Source: Camelus dromedarius
Taxonomy: Eukaryota
Assembly: GCF_036321535.1 (NCBI RefSeq)
Contig: NC_087438.1
Location: 2,792,001 to 2,856,000, forward strand
DNA: 64,000 bases
Direction of reading: 5' to 3'
How positions within the stretch are numbered: the first letter of the stretch is position 1; every line of letters starts with the position of its first letter. This document shows positions 1-13,557 of the stretch, one piece after another. Below the pieces are notes generated by a model. That model saw only the letters and a program-made list of their open reading frames with translations, searched no databases and was not told the DNA's origin. The translations under genes and the position numbers were made by a program.

Positions 1-1254
1 TTTAACATTGCTTTTTGTAAACGTTGACATGTTACCACACACTGACAGTAAACTTAGAGCCACTTCAGATGTAAAGCATCGTCTCCGGGCATTGACTGAG
101 AAGTAATTAATGGGCTCAATAATGTCCTGAAAGCAACCTGCTTAATAATCATCGCACTGCCCTTGTTTTCCATCATTACACGGACGCTCCGAAGGATGGC
201 AGAAGTCGAGGTCCCCGTGACGTTCACAGCTGGCCTCCGGACGGCTCCCTCTCACGGTGCCTGCTGACTAGGTCTGCATGCGGCCCCATTCAGAAACCAT
301 AGTGTTGACCGTACCTAACTTAGACGTAACTTCCTGTAATCAGACGAGCTCTACACATGATTTTTAAAGCCAACACTAGGACACTATCAACGGTCAGAAA
401 CTGCATAAAAAAATTTCAAAACTGGAATTGCAGAACAAGCCAGAAAAACAAATTATTTGAGACAAATGACGGTCCATAGAAAATTCCGGAAGCCATCTGC
501 TCTAAGAGCAGTCTCCTGTGCGCACGTTTTGCAGGTCACAGAAAGAGGATTCCATTTCTACCGACATCGCTGATTCCCTAGACCCTCATTTTTTCTGGAC
601 CCCTCATCCTATAACTTATTCCACCATTCTTCTTCTAAATCACTGGTAACACTCTCGTTATGGTCTCTGACTTTGTGGTTACCCACAACTGGCAGAATCA
701 TGATTTTAGGAAGGAGGCAGACTGATTCCGAAATAAGAGTATTTCAAACTTGCTCTAACCCTGGAGCCCCGTGAGGCCTTGGGAGTCAGTTTGTCATTTT
801 GTCACTCGGCAGGCGGGCACCTGGGGTCTGGAGAAGGGATGTGGCCAGAAGAAAACCTTCCTGCAGGGAAGACGTGGGCCCAGGGGGCCTAGAACCCAGG
901 TGTCCCGAGTCGCAGGTGTGTTGCCCAAAGGGCACAGAAGGACGACAAAATCCAGGACCTATGGCCCATGTGTGAGTGGGTGTGCGGGTGGTTGTGTGTC
1001 CAGGTGAGTGCATGTCTGGGTGAGTGTGTGCGTGTGTCCTCTCCCCTACAGAGAGGAGGCAGTGGAGGGGAGGCAGCTTTTTAAGAGAAAACTCCTCCTC
1101 GAGATCTCCTGCCAGAGCCGTGGGGCACGGCAGAGCTCTGGGCTGGACTGTTCCCCCAAGCCCTCATGCTGACGCACTAAGCCAGCGCGTCAGAACGTGC
1201 CGGCGTTTGGAGACAGGGCCTTTTAGGAGACGCTCATGTTACTGAGGGCAGGCC

Positions 1255-1535
1255 CTCCCAGTGTGACCGAGGGCCAGTGTCCTTACAAGAAGCGGGCATG
1301 GAGACACAGACACATGCAAGGCAAGGCCAGTGCAGAGACGTGGGGGCTGTGGCCTCTCCAGCCCGGAGCGAGGCCGGAGCAGACCCTTCCCTCGGGACGC
1401 TCGGAAAATCGCCCTGCACGCTCCTTGCACTCAGACTTCGGCCTCCAGACGGGGGGGGGGGGGGGGGGGGACACCTGTGTTGTCCGAGCTGCACGCTGGT
1501 GGGGATTTGCTCCAGTGCCTCCAGGAAACTCCTGT
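1255..1535 (+). mobile_element. MaLR LTR (MLT1 family), 3' part, GC-enriched
   Basis: MLT1-like motifs 'gtgtccttacaagaag..gagacacagacac', 'cagacccttccctc', 'cagacttcggcctccagac' and end 'ccaggaaact'. Confidence 0.75.
1451..1470. repeat. G20 homopolymer
   Basis: 20 consecutive G inside the MLT1 LTR. Confidence 0.95.
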
Positions 1536-2809
1536 AGCTGGTTGAGGGGGTGCTCGCTGGAGATCAGAAAGAGGACCAGGGAGGGAGACGCTGTAGGGGC
1601 CTTGCCTTTCACTGCAACGTGCAGCGGCCTCACATTGTCCTGCAAGGGTCAAGGGGCCGTTGAAGGACATTCATCTAGGGTGTGCCTGCTTTAATTCCTG
1701 TTAAAACCTCTCCCACAGTGACACAGAGCTGGCTTTGGAAGATGTACCTCTCAAAGCAGGTGGCCTCCAAGACAAAAGTGCTAATCCCGGCAAATGGGAA
1801 GGAGGGCGGGTGAGATTCACAGAAGGGCAGGTTCAGCAGGAGGTGCCGGGGCGCTGGAGTCAGGGGCTGAGCAGGGGCCAAAGCCAGGGGAAGAGGAACA
1901 GGAGAAAGAGACACTGGAGAAGGAGGAGGGGCCTGGGGGGGGGCGCTGGGGACCGGGCTCCAGACCTCACGTCCTCCATGAAGACGAGATTGTGGAGCTG
2001 CCGGTGTGTGTGCGGTAAAAGGACATCACACGGGAGAGAGCTGACCACAGACAAGCTGGGGCTCTGGCCAAAGGGGGGCCACACCCCCCAACCCCAGGGA
2101 AGTGGATTGAAGGCAGAGAGAGAAGTTAGACCAGGGAGTTGGAGGAACAGTCACAAGGAGTTCAAGGATCCAAACTTGACACGCCAAGAAGTGTGCTACT
2201 GACTTTCTGCTTTAGGAATTTCCCAGTGGCCTCGTGTGCCCACCCTTTTGTACAAAACCCCACAGCAAATGGGAAATACACAGTAAAGTGCAGAAGAGGA
2301 GTCCAGACTCCCCTCCTTTCACTCACGGGTTTCTCTTGTGTCAGTACAAATGGATTTGGAAGGTCTTCCTAAGAATCTGTCCCCAAATCCACGTTTTCTC
2401 TCTTCCAGAGCATCTGGAATCGACCTCATTGGCATAGCTTTGTGCATTTCAGCAAAGATACAAGCCATTCTGCAGGCTCAGGGGAGACTCATTCACAGGT
2501 TCTCAGAGGGGTTTGGAAATTCCAAAGATAGATGTAAATGTTGACATGTAGGTAATGGTTAAATGGATGAGTGCCTCTTATTATTGCGATAAACATTTTT
2601 GAAGTAATTATTTTTTTACCAAAAAAGTAAACATGCCAATGACTATTGTAAAATAGTGACATTTGAATATGGATCTAAGTGAATAAATTGTTAAAATCGT
2701 ATCTTACATGCCCTTCACACGATCAGGACCTATAGACACTGTTGTGTCAGCAATTCTCTTAGTTTTATTTTTATTCCTTTAAAGCTGACGTTCCGCACCT
2801 CGGAGGACA

Positions 2810-2946
2810 GAGGGCGGTGCTTAAAACAGACGTGTGTGAGTCCACCCCACTGAATCAGAATCGCTGGGACGGAGGGTTGGGCATCCCTAGTCTTAATTAG
2901 GTCTCTGAGATGATTTCCACCTCCCCCCATGCTTGAGGACACTGGC
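2810..2946. mobile_element. MER5A-like hAT-Charlie DNA transposon fragment
   Basis: 'actgaatcagaatcgctggg...ggtctctgagatgatt...ttgaggacactg' resembles MER5A. Confidence 0.6.
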
Positions 2947-3059
2947 TGTCGGAGGTTAAAACGTGGCCTGTGAAATTAGAGTGACGATGTCATGGCTTCT
3001 GTGCGAACTGCACCCATTACAGAAGGACGCACAGGCATTACTTTATCCCAAGTCTAAGT

Positions 3060-3270
3060 CGCTCACAGGGCCTGCCCCCGGGGAGTCCGCCGAGCCCCCG
3101 CGCGCGGCCCTGTCGACCCCCCTGCTGCAGGCGGGGCTGTGCGCCCCGGGAGGCGCCTCCGCCCTGGGCTGCCTGTCCTGCCCGCTGCCCCTGCGGCCCC
3201 GACCCTCGGACGCTGCGCTCGCAGAGCCCAGTGCGGCCGGCTCCGAGCCGCCCCGGCACAGCGTGTCCGC
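3060..3270. other. Short CpG-dense, very GC-rich patch
   Basis: Abrupt GC/CpG peak with sharp return to AT-rich sequence at about 3272. Confidence 0.8.
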
Positions 3271-4741
3271 TAGGTATTTTGTTATTTCCAGGCACACATC
3301 TCACGTTGTTTTTATCCTCTCTTCAATTTTCATACAGTTTCTTATCACACACCTAGCACAGGGTCGGGAGCAACTGAAGAGCCAGAACTGATCGCGCCTT
3401 TCTCACCCGTGACGGTTAGAAAAGCAGCCGCAGCTCTGAGGGACACTCGCAGATGCGAGGTTATGCTTATTGGCATTTACACATTAGGCAGCTGCAAACT
3501 TCCTCTTTGCTGATCAATGCAAAGTATATTTGGAAAGAGTTCTCTCTGCGGCTTCCCAAGGCACGGCGACAATCGATGCCCCGCTGTCTCGGGTGCTGAA
3601 CAAGCACTTGGAACTTGACACAGAGGCCTCGGTTCCAGGGCAGCGGGACAGCGCGGCGCCTCAGCCTGCTGCTCCGCCTCCACCCGCCTGCACGTGCGAC
3701 GTCCTGCCCTGGGCCTGGCAAGCATGGCGTCGTCTACTGCTGAGCGGTGTCGGGGGACCCTTCACGACACCCTCCCCGGTCTTGATGTGAAATCGAAAGT
3801 AATTTTGGACATCAAGACAATGCAAACAAAAGTTTTCCATTCACAGAGAGAAGTCAAAGGATTCAAAACCGTAGAGAATGTGTCCCACAAGTAACCGAAG
3901 GGAGCCTCATGGAACTCTCTTGGGAGAAGTTTGTGGGAGTAACTGCGTGATGTGGGACTGTGGGTGCTGGACAGGGAAACCCAAAACGAGCTCACCTGGG
4001 CAGGAGGGGAGCGATCGGTCCCTGGGTCCTGGGATTTGGGCCCGGCTCGCAATGGGTCAGGATAACCAGACATGGCATCTCAGGGACGCCCATCTCACAT
4101 GGGTCACACTCAGCATGCGGTGGGTTCCATCTCAGCCTCCTCTACGTGAACACACGGCTGCCCACACCCAGTGTGCGGCTCTGCTGGAGGAGACTGACTT
4201 CCCCTCGATTCTTGCTTGGAGACTCTGAGAGGAGACTCCAGTGTCCAGGTGTGGTTTCGAGGATTGTAACGGGTGCAGCTCAGGTCAGGCGTTCATGTCT
4301 GGACCACTTTCTGTGGCTGTGCGAGGAGTGGGGCTTCAGGTCCTGGAGACCCCAGCCTAGCCATGCGGAGGAGAGGAGGGGTTCCCAGGAGATAGCATCT
4401 TGGATCACCTAGAGAGGGTCGTTGTCTTCTGAGTGGTCACTGAAGAAAGCTTAAGTGCTACTGCGTCACAAAGTCACCAACTAACATTAGGTGACTAGGT
4501 TCTTCAAAAGTCTACAATCCTCCATCACTGGTAAGGGCACCCAAAATCTGTGTAAGCCTGAAATTATTTAATTCCTTATCTGATTAGGCTATAGGATGTT
4601 TAAAAGGAATTGGAATAAAATGACCAAAGGTTATGAAATATTTATAGGCCCACAACATCTTTTCTTTTCTTTTTCCTGTAACGCCCTTTACTTGACTATG
4701 TAAATGACACATTACAGGTAATAAACCCATCTACTTCTTGT

Positions 4742-5020
4742 CTAATTGAGATACAGTTGATTTATCATGTTGTGTTAATTTCTGGTGTACAGCATAGTGA
4801 TTCAGTCATATATATATATATTCCTTTTCCTATTCTTTTTAATTATAGGTTATTACAAGCTGTTGAATATAGTTCCCTGTGCTATGCAGTAGGACCTTGT
4901 TGTTTATCTATTCTGTATACAGTACTTTGATTCTGCAAATCCAAACTCTCAATTTATCTCTCCTCTCCTTTCCCCTTTGAAACCGTAAGCACATTTTCTA
5001 TGTCTCTGAGTCTCTTTCTT
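4742..5020 (-). mobile_element. L1 3' UTR fragment, artiodactyl-type
   Basis: 'ggtgtacagcatagtgattcag...aatatagttccctgtgctatgcagtaggaccttgttg'; same family as 14550-14985. Confidence 0.9.
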
Positions 5021-6777
5021 AAATACACCTACCTTTAATGTTCTTGGCCACAGTCAGAAGGAATATGAGTCTTCAAGAAGCTTCCATCCTGGGGAGCCAC
5101 TGAATGTGATGGCAGTAAGGTAAAGGTAAGGGAGTTCCCACAGAGTCAGACACTTGATCCAATCCACCTCCTTGAGCAGCACACCTTGGACCCATTTTGC
5201 AGGTGGAGGTACTGAGTCTCGGGAATATCTGGTTGGGCCACCTGGCAGACCACCTTGCAAGGGGCCCAGTGCTCAGCTACTAGGCACCTAAATCCGAGGT
5301 TCCTTCCCCATCTCACCCCAGGCTGGTTGTCTTTAGGCAGATTTCCATTTGTCTCTTCCTGCCGTAGTCCAAGCTTGCCCAGCATCCAGCACAAGCTCCC
5401 TGGCAGCCCTTGGGTGAGGAGGACCCATCCTGGAGGCCAGTACCACCTCAACCTGGGCCCAGGGACCTCCCAGGTCAAGGTGGGGGTGGGGGGCTGAGGG
5501 TTATCAGAGTCAGGGCCAAGCTCAGAAGGATGGAAGGCAGCAGCTCCAAACCGGGCCTCTGGATGTCTGGAGCCAGGGTGGGGCAGATCACCCAGAGACC
5601 GAAAGAAATGACACATTGCCTGATGGAGGGGAGGATGGCAGGTCAAAGACAGGGAGAGGAAAGTGTGGTGAAGGAAAGTCAAGGAGCACAGGAGGCAGGC
5701 CACTGCTGACGCCCTTTAAGGTCTAACACACACTGATCGATTGGTACCTCATATCTAGCTTTAGTATTTAAATATATGATTCTGTCTTGTACTATACCTG
5801 GTTGGATAACTTAAAAATCTGCTCCCTGAAAATCACAGGCCTGCATCACACACATTTCATAACCAGTAAGTTAAAAGGCTTCACAAACGCTCTAGCCAGA
5901 TTCACTCCTAAACGTCTGAAGGCACGTCCTGTTTATTTTCAGAGCGTTGTTACCTGAATCCCCAGATCCCAGTGAGTCGTTCTCCACAGAAGGCTGCTGT
6001 TCTCCTTGCAGCCAGAAAGGTGACTCCGCCCCCCAAGGCCTGGAGGTCAGAGGGAGGAAGGTCTGCAGGCACGGCTCTGCCTGGGGCGGGCCCCACACGC
6101 CAGCCCCCTTCCCACCCCAACCATGGGCCGGGCCAGCTTCACCCTGCCTTGCCAGGGTCAGACCCTGGCACCAGCATCCAAGAGTGTATTCTCTGCTGTT
6201 CCTACAAGCGCCCAAGGCGCCTACATTTATAGCACAAATCCCCCCAAATTATGTTTTTCTTTCTTTATCACCTGCAGGGGCCTGAGACAGGAACCACCGG
6301 AGGCACAGTGTCCGGCAGGCTGTTTGGAGTTTTGCCTGCAACGGACAAACGAGTGGACAAGCAGCTCTCAGGCATGGAGCGGAACTGGGGCCGTGGGCCA
6401 GCAAAGCGCAGGGTGGTAGGCACCGCCTCTGGCTCCTGGCCTCGACCCGTGGGGCCCCGCCCGCCACTGCCGTCTGCACGTCTCCTCAAACAGAGCTGTC
6501 TCCGTGTCTTCCCCTTGGTTAAACACGCTGGCGATGCTCATTTTCATAGATTTTAATTGAATAAAGGATGGAATTTCCTTTGAAAAATTTCTCATTTTAA
6601 GAAAGCTAAGTAATGTGAAAAAAATGTTTTAAAGAAAAGTAAAATTAATTAATCAGGAAAAAAGCCTACCATCCTGCAGCGGTGATTGTGACCTTCGATG
6701 GGCGTCCCTGGAAATGTCCCTCTGTATGTATACAGAGCTGGCAGGGTAAGTATAAATATTTGATTTTGCGTGCTATG

Positions 6778-7015
6778 ATTTTAAACTTTTTATATCGAGA
6801 TACTTGTAGGTTCACGTGCAAAAAATTGCAAAAAATTATGTATCGACCTCATGCACCCATTTCTCCGGGCGGAAACGTCTCACACGAGGACAGCACAGTA
6901 TCACGGCCAGGAGACTGACGGCGATGCAGCGCTCCGTCTGACTCAGATGGCGCCCTTTTCACATGAGTTCAACTTGTGTGCATGTGTATGTATTTTGCTC
7001 TATGCAATTTTATCT
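6778..7015 (-). mobile_element. Old L1 (L1MC-like) 3' end
   Basis: 'tttatatcgagatacttgtaggttcac...cagtatcacggccaggagactgac...ctatgcaattttatc'. Confidence 0.7.
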
Positions 7016-7974
7016 AAGTTCTCAGGAAATACATTACAGAAATTGAGAAAGCCATTATTCCTCTGTTTTACAAAATGAAAATATCCATTTGTAACAACTC
7101 TTAAAAAATGGGTCTGATTTGTTTTAATAAGATATGGACTCATTTAATATGGATTCTGTAAGATAATAGAAACAATATGACTGTTTAAACATGCTCAATG
7201 CCCTGATCGTTTGAAAGAAGACTTAATCTTAAAGATAAATAAAATAGAGATACATAACTTAAATGTTGGTACAAGAGATAGAGGTGTTTATCCTAAATGT
7301 TTGTAAATCCATGCTACAGACACGCAGCTGAATAGAGCTATTGAAGAACATAAAAGTCAACACTCCATTATCGCATGTTGAAATCCCTGTACCAGCCAGC
7401 TTCTCAGCCACGTCCTCACAGTCTAATGAGCAGAGGAGTTCTCAGCACCTCCTCAACATCCGCCTGAGCTGCTGGAGAGGACAGGGCGGCTTTGCCTTGG
7501 ACCTTTCCACCCTGAACCAACCTCACAGCTGCCCCTTCCCCGGGCATTGGGACTTACAAGTAAGGGGCGTCCTACCCTGACTCCTAGGAAGCAAGGAAGG
7601 GTCACGGCTGCTCCCGGGCACCCCCTGTGCCCCGTCCCCACCTGGACTCCAGTCACACTTCTCCCCAACCTCGTCTCAGTGAAAACTCCTTCTCAGAGGC
7701 CTTCATCGGGAATTCACTCCACTGCTCTCTGCCCCGGACACGTTTGCTTTGAACTCAGAGCAGGGAGGGCTTGAGTCTCCTCTCCCTGTTGCAGGAGGAA
7801 TTGATACTGACATCTTCATTAAGTTTGAAAACATCTAAACTCCACTCCTTAAGACTTCTGTCTTGTTGAATTTTTAGATTTTATTTATAAGTTTTTTTAT
7901 AATTCAAAATGAACGTACCTCCACCAAATCCCTGTTCTTGCAAAGATTAGGATAGGATTTAAAGGAAGTGTCTC

Positions 7975-8990
7975 TGGACGTAGGCAAAATGCTTGGACAT
8001 AATTTACAGCAGTATTTTTTTTTGGATCTGTCTTCTAAGGCAAAAGAAACAAAAGCAAAAATAAACAAATGGGACCTACTTAAATTTAAAAGTTTTTGCA
8101 CAGCATAAGAAACCATCTACTAAACAAAAAGACAACCTACTGAGTGGGAGAAAATATTTGTGAATGATATGCTGATGAGTGGTTGATATTGAAAATATAG
8201 GAACAGCTCATACTACTCAATATAAATAAAAACACAAACAATCTGATTAAAAAATGGGCAGAAGACCCGAATAAACATTTTTCAAAAGAAGACATACAAA
8301 TGGCTAACAGACATGAAAAGGATGCTCAACACTACTAATTATTAGAGAAATGCAAACCAAAACCACAATGAGGTATCATCTCACACCTGTCAGAATGGCC
8401 ATCATCAAAAAGTCTACAAATAACAAACGCTGGTGAGGATGTTGAGGACAGGGAACCCTCGTACACTGTTGGTAGGGGCGTAAATTGGTGCAGCTACTGT
8501 GGAAAACAGTATGGAGTTTCCTCAAAACACTGAAAAATGCACACACACACACACGCACACAGACAGGAATGTTACTCATTTCCACTTTCAGCCATGTGGC
8601 CGGACCTAGAGAATACAAGGCTTAGTGAAATAAGTCAGACAGAGAAAGACAAACGCTGTATGTTGTCACTTCTATGTAGAATCTAAAAAAATAAGACAAA
8701 TGCATATAGCAAAACAGAAACAGACTCATAGCTAGAGAAAACAAACTAGTGGTTACCAATGGGGAGAGGGAGGGGGAAGGAACAATCCAGGGGTGGGGTG
8801 TCAAGAGATACAAATTATTATGTACAAAGCAGGTGTGGAACAGGATGTGTTGTGCAGCACAGGGAGATGTAGCCTCATTTATAATAACTCCAAATGGAGT
8901 ATAATCTATAAAATTATGAAACATCATGTTATACACCTGAAAATAATACAATATTATAAATCAACTATACTTCAATTTAAAAAGGAAAAT
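7975..8990 (+). mobile_element. 5'-truncated L1 (ORF2 C-terminal remnant, 3' UTR, A tail)
   Basis: 'aaataaacaaatgggacctacttaaa..', 'catctcacacctgtcagaatggccatcatcaaaaag', ends 'caactatacttcaatttaaaaa'. Confidence 0.95.
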
Positions 8991-10944
8991 GAATAAATAA
9001 AGGATGTGTTTCTGTTACATGCTTGAGCAGGTGCTTTGTTTTAACAAATCTTTACTTTAAACAGCCTTATTGAGAGGTAACTGACATACAGTAAACAGAA
9101 TATATGTGAAGCCTCAATTCCAATAGATTTTGATATGTGTACACCCATGAAACTGCAGTTAAGATAACGAACATACGATGTGTCAATCCCCAAATTTCCT
9201 TACATTGCTCTGTAATTCCATCTGCCCAGCTGCCTCCCAACCACTGACTTCTTTCTGCCACTGTAAATTAGTTTGCATTTTCAATTATTCTTTATAAATG
9301 GGTTCTGTGGTATAGACTCTGCTTTTCCTGGTTTCTTCCATGTATCATGGTTATTTTGATATTCGTTCATGTTGTTGTGTGTACCAATACCTATTCATTT
9401 TTATTCTGTGTAATAGTCCACTGTATCACTATATCACAATCTGTCCATCATATCCTGTTGATCTGAGTTGTTCCTGTTTTGTTCTATTACAAATGAAGCT
9501 AATTATGAAGTTCACGAGGCAAATGTTAAGTTTTCTAAAGGACGTATGCTTTCCTTTCTTTCGGTAAGTAAATGCCTAGGAATGAGATGACTTGCTCATA
9601 TGGTAGGTGTTTAATGTTTTAAGAAATTTCCCAAGTTTTTGCACCATTTTATGTTTCATTTTATATCTGGAGGCTTTAAACTTCAAATTCAATTTCTGTG
9701 ACAGATACAGTGCTATTCAACTTACCAGTTTCCTCTCCGGTGAGCCTTGGAGGTTTGTATGTTTCAAGGAATTTGCCCACTTCACCTAAGGTGTCATATT
9801 CATTGGCATAATTTTTTAATAATATCCTCTCATTACATTTTTAAATCTGTGGAATCTGTAGAAATGTTACCACTCTTATACCCGGTATCAATAATATGTC
9901 GCTTCTCTATTTTTTTCTGAGTCTGGCTGGAAGTTTATCAGTTTTATTGACGCTCTCAAAACAAGTTTTGGCTTCATTAATTTTTACTGTTGGTGTTTTG
10001 TTTATTTTCTTTTCTATTTCATAAATTTCTGTATCCATCTTATTATCCTTACTTTTGCTTACTTTGTGTTTAGTTTGTTCTTTTTCTGGTACCTTAAGGT
10101 AAAAACTCAAGTCATTGATTTGAGGTCTTGCCTCCATTCTACTATAATCATTGTTCTTATAAATACTGCTTTCCCAGTAATGATTTAGAGGCATCTCATA
10201 AATTTAATTCAACTTAAAATATTTCCTAATCCCACTTTTTATCTCTTCCTTGAAATCAAAGGGTTATTTAGAAGTGTATTATTTAGCTTCCAAAATTTGG
10301 AGATTTTCCAGAGATCAATCTGCTTTTGATTTTCAATATAATTCCTTTGTGGTTAGAACATACTTTGTTTCAATTTCTTTGACATGTTACAGCCCAGAAT
10401 ATGGCTTACACTGGGAGACAGTCTGTGCGCACTTGAAAATAATGTGTGTTCTGCTCCTGCTGGGTGTGACATTTAACAAGTGACAACTGGTCAAGTTAGT
10501 TGACGGTATTTTTCAAGTCTTCTTTGTCACTGATTTTCTGTTTACCTGTTCTATTAATTATTTAGACACGGACACTGAAATCTCTGAAGATAATTGTGAA
10601 TTCATTTTTCTTTGCAGTTTTATTACATTTTGCTTCATGCATTTTAAAGCTCTCTCCATAGGTACACAAATGCTTAACATTGTTAAGTCCTCCATTAATT
10701 GACCCCTTTTATCGTTATAAATTGATCTTTTTCTTATAGAAATTTCTGCCCTGAAATCTGCTTTGTTTAATATCATCCTAGTCTCTGTCTTTAATTAGTG
10801 CTGGCATGGCATTTCCTTTTTCATCGTTTCACCTTAAACGTTCTGTTTCCTTCCGGTTAAAGTGCACATCTTGAAGTCGCTGTGTAGAATCCTGCTTCTT
10901 GTGCAGTCTGACTATCTCTGACTTTGACGGAGGTGCTTTGGCAG

Positions 10945-11092
10945 AGGCGGGCTGGCCGTCTGTGTCTTAGGCTGTGGTACACACATTCTGTCTCAGCTCA
11001 TCAGCTCCGCCACTGTGTTGTGAAAAGAGCCATCAACAACATGGAAGAGATCGCACGTGTCCGTGTTTCAATAAAACATTATTTACAAAGCA
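10945..11092. mobile_element. MER58A-like hAT-Charlie fragment
   Basis: 'tctgtctcagctcatcagctccgccactgtgttgtgaaaagagccat...gtttcaataaaacattatttacaaa'. Confidence 0.75.
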
Positions 11093-11912
11093 TTCAGACG
11101 ATCTGAAATTCATTTGAATTCAGTGCGATTATTTGTGTGCTTGGGCTTGACTCTGTCATCTTGATTAAAACAATAACCCCGCCTGGTCATGTTCTCTTTT
11201 TCCCTCTTTTTCTGCCTTTTTTGGGTATTTTCTTTTAATGAATCAATGTCTCCTTGTTGTTGCTTTATTTGCTAGAGATGCTTGTTTTGCTGTTCCGGGG
11301 GACCACTTTGGGCTTCGTAGGACACAGCTGGACTCGTCACAGACTGCGTCCCGGGACGCACGCCGCCGCTGTTTTAAAGCGTAAGAACCTCACAAGGACG
11401 CCTGCGCTGCTCCTCTCCCATCTCTAGGGAACTCCTTGTCATGCCTCTTACTTGTGCATATTATAAACTACACAATAACTTTTTTATTATTGTCAAGGGG
11501 TTAAATAATAGAAAGTCATGTATTTATCCACAGAGTGACCATCTTTAATGCCTTCATTCTTTGAGCAGATCCATATCATTTTCCCTCCATCTGTGGTTCT
11601 CATTTTAATATTTTTTGTTGTTGTATATGTCGTTGGCGAGAATTTTGTTCAGCTTTCATATATCTACGGAAAAGTCATAATTTTGCTTTGCTTTTGAAAA
11701 ATATGTTTGCTAGGTATAGAATTCTCGGTTGACAGCCGCTCCCCCCACCAAGCTGCCAGCACCTTAAAGGTGCTGCTCCCCCTTCTGAAAAGCTCTTGTC
11801 TGAATCCTTCATTGTTTGTCGTCATTGTTTTCCATCCTTATCCTTGTTCCTGGTACCCATCATTATTAGCTTTTCCTTTAGTTGCTTTTAAAATGTCCTT
11901 TTTATCACTTTT

Positions 11913-12762
11913 TGTAGGCAGCCTCTAAGTGGCCCTCAGTGAGTCCCAGATTCCGGCATCCATGCCCTGCGTGATCTCTTTCCCTTGAGTGTGGGACCTA
12001 TTTCCTCATCCTAATGAATACAGCATGTCAGAAGCAACGGTGTATTTTCTTAGACTGTGTGAGCTGCTGCTATAATGAAATGTCACAAACTGAATGGCTC
12101 ATAAACAGTAAGACTCTATTTCTCACAGTTATGGAGGCTGGAAGTCTGATGTCAGGGCCCATGCATGGTCCAGCGAGGGCTTTCTTCCAGGTCACAGACT
12201 TCTCATTGTGTCTTTACTTGATGGAAGGGGCAGGGGGCTAGCAGGCTCTCTCAGGCTCCTTTGTATCAGGGCACCAATCCCATTCCTGTGGGCTCCACCC
12301 TTGTGACCTAGGCAGCTCTCAACAGCCCCACCTCCTACCAACATTCACATCAGGCGTTAGGATTTCAACATGTGAATTTTGGAGAGGGAGAAACAGCAGA
12401 TATCATTTCTGAGACTAAATTACCAAAAAGCTGTAGCTTCTGTCTGTCTCTCTCTCACTCTGAAGGAAGCCAGCTGTGTGTTATGAGCTGTCCTATGGAG
12501 ATGCCCAAGTGGCAAGTAAGTGATGCTTCCAGTCAGTTGCTACAGAGAACTAGAACCTACCAACAGCCACTGCATGAATGAGTTTGGGATCAAATTGTCT
12601 CCCAGTCCATCACTGAGGTTATTGCAGTCCTGATCAACAGCACAATTACAGTCTTGTTGGAGACTAAGCCAGAAGCAGCCAGGCAAATTTTGAGATGATA
12701 ATAAATATTTAAAGTCACCAAGTATTGGGATGATTTGTTACACAGCATAGATAACTAATACA
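11913..12762 (+). mobile_element. MLT1F/G-like MaLR solo LTR, interrupted by another LTR
   Basis: Starts 'tgtaggcagcctctaagtggccctcagtga', ends 'atttgttacacagcatagataactaataca'. Confidence 0.8.
12041..12397 (-). mobile_element. MLT1A0-like MaLR solo LTR
   Basis: 'gctgctataa...tttctcacagttatggaggctggaagtctga...ttaggatttcaacatgtgaattttgg'. Confidence 0.85.
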
Positions 12763-13557
12763 TAGAGGCTTTGAGCAATTTGATTAAGATGACACTTATT
12801 TCACTTTATTCATGTCTCTTATACTTGGGATTCGTTATCCTTCTGTGGTTTATATTTTTTATCATATTTTGAAAATGTATGGCCAGTATTCCTCAAGCAT
12901 TTTTCCCCTGCCTTTCTCTTCTTTGATCTCTCCAATGATAACCTTATTGGTCTGTTTGAATTTGTCCTGTAGCTGGCCGATGATTTGTTCATTTAAAACC
13001 CTTCTTCTTGTTTGTTTTTCTAGGTGTCTCACTTTAAATTGTTTCCACTCTGAGGTAACACTAGCATTTTTGTTTGCAGTGTCTAGGGTCCTGCTAATTA
13101 CAGCCAGAATACTTGTCATCTGAGACATTGCAGTTTTTGCTTTTACATACTTAATTTCAGTATTTTCTTAAAATATTTTCTGTGCCTCTAGTTAACTTTT
13201 TATACACAGGGAATACCTTTATAATCATTGCTTTAACACTTTTGTCTGCCAATCCAGCATCTGTGTCAGTTCTGGGTTAGTTTACACTAATTTTTCTCTG
13301 TCTTATGGATCATGTTTTTCTGTTCTTTGTATGCCTGATGAGTATTATTTAAACACCAGGATTTATGAAATTTACCTCGTAGGATTTTGGATAATTTGGT
13401 ACTCCTGTAAGTATTGTTGAGCTTTGTTCTGCTATATAGATAAATTAGCTAGAAGTAGTTTATCACTTTGGGTCTTGCTTTTAAAATTTCCTTGGTGGGT
13501 CCAAGCTAACTGTTGTCTAGAGCTTATAATGCCTCATTGCTGAGGCAGGACATTTCT

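Noticed and set aside
1536..1550. agctggttgagggg, resembling the reverse complement of miR-133
   Set aside because: Partial match only, at an LTR edge, with no precursor hairpin.
9907..10776. Lys-rich minus-strand ORFs
   Set aside because: Decayed L1 ORF2 (endonuclease and downstream region), not host genes.
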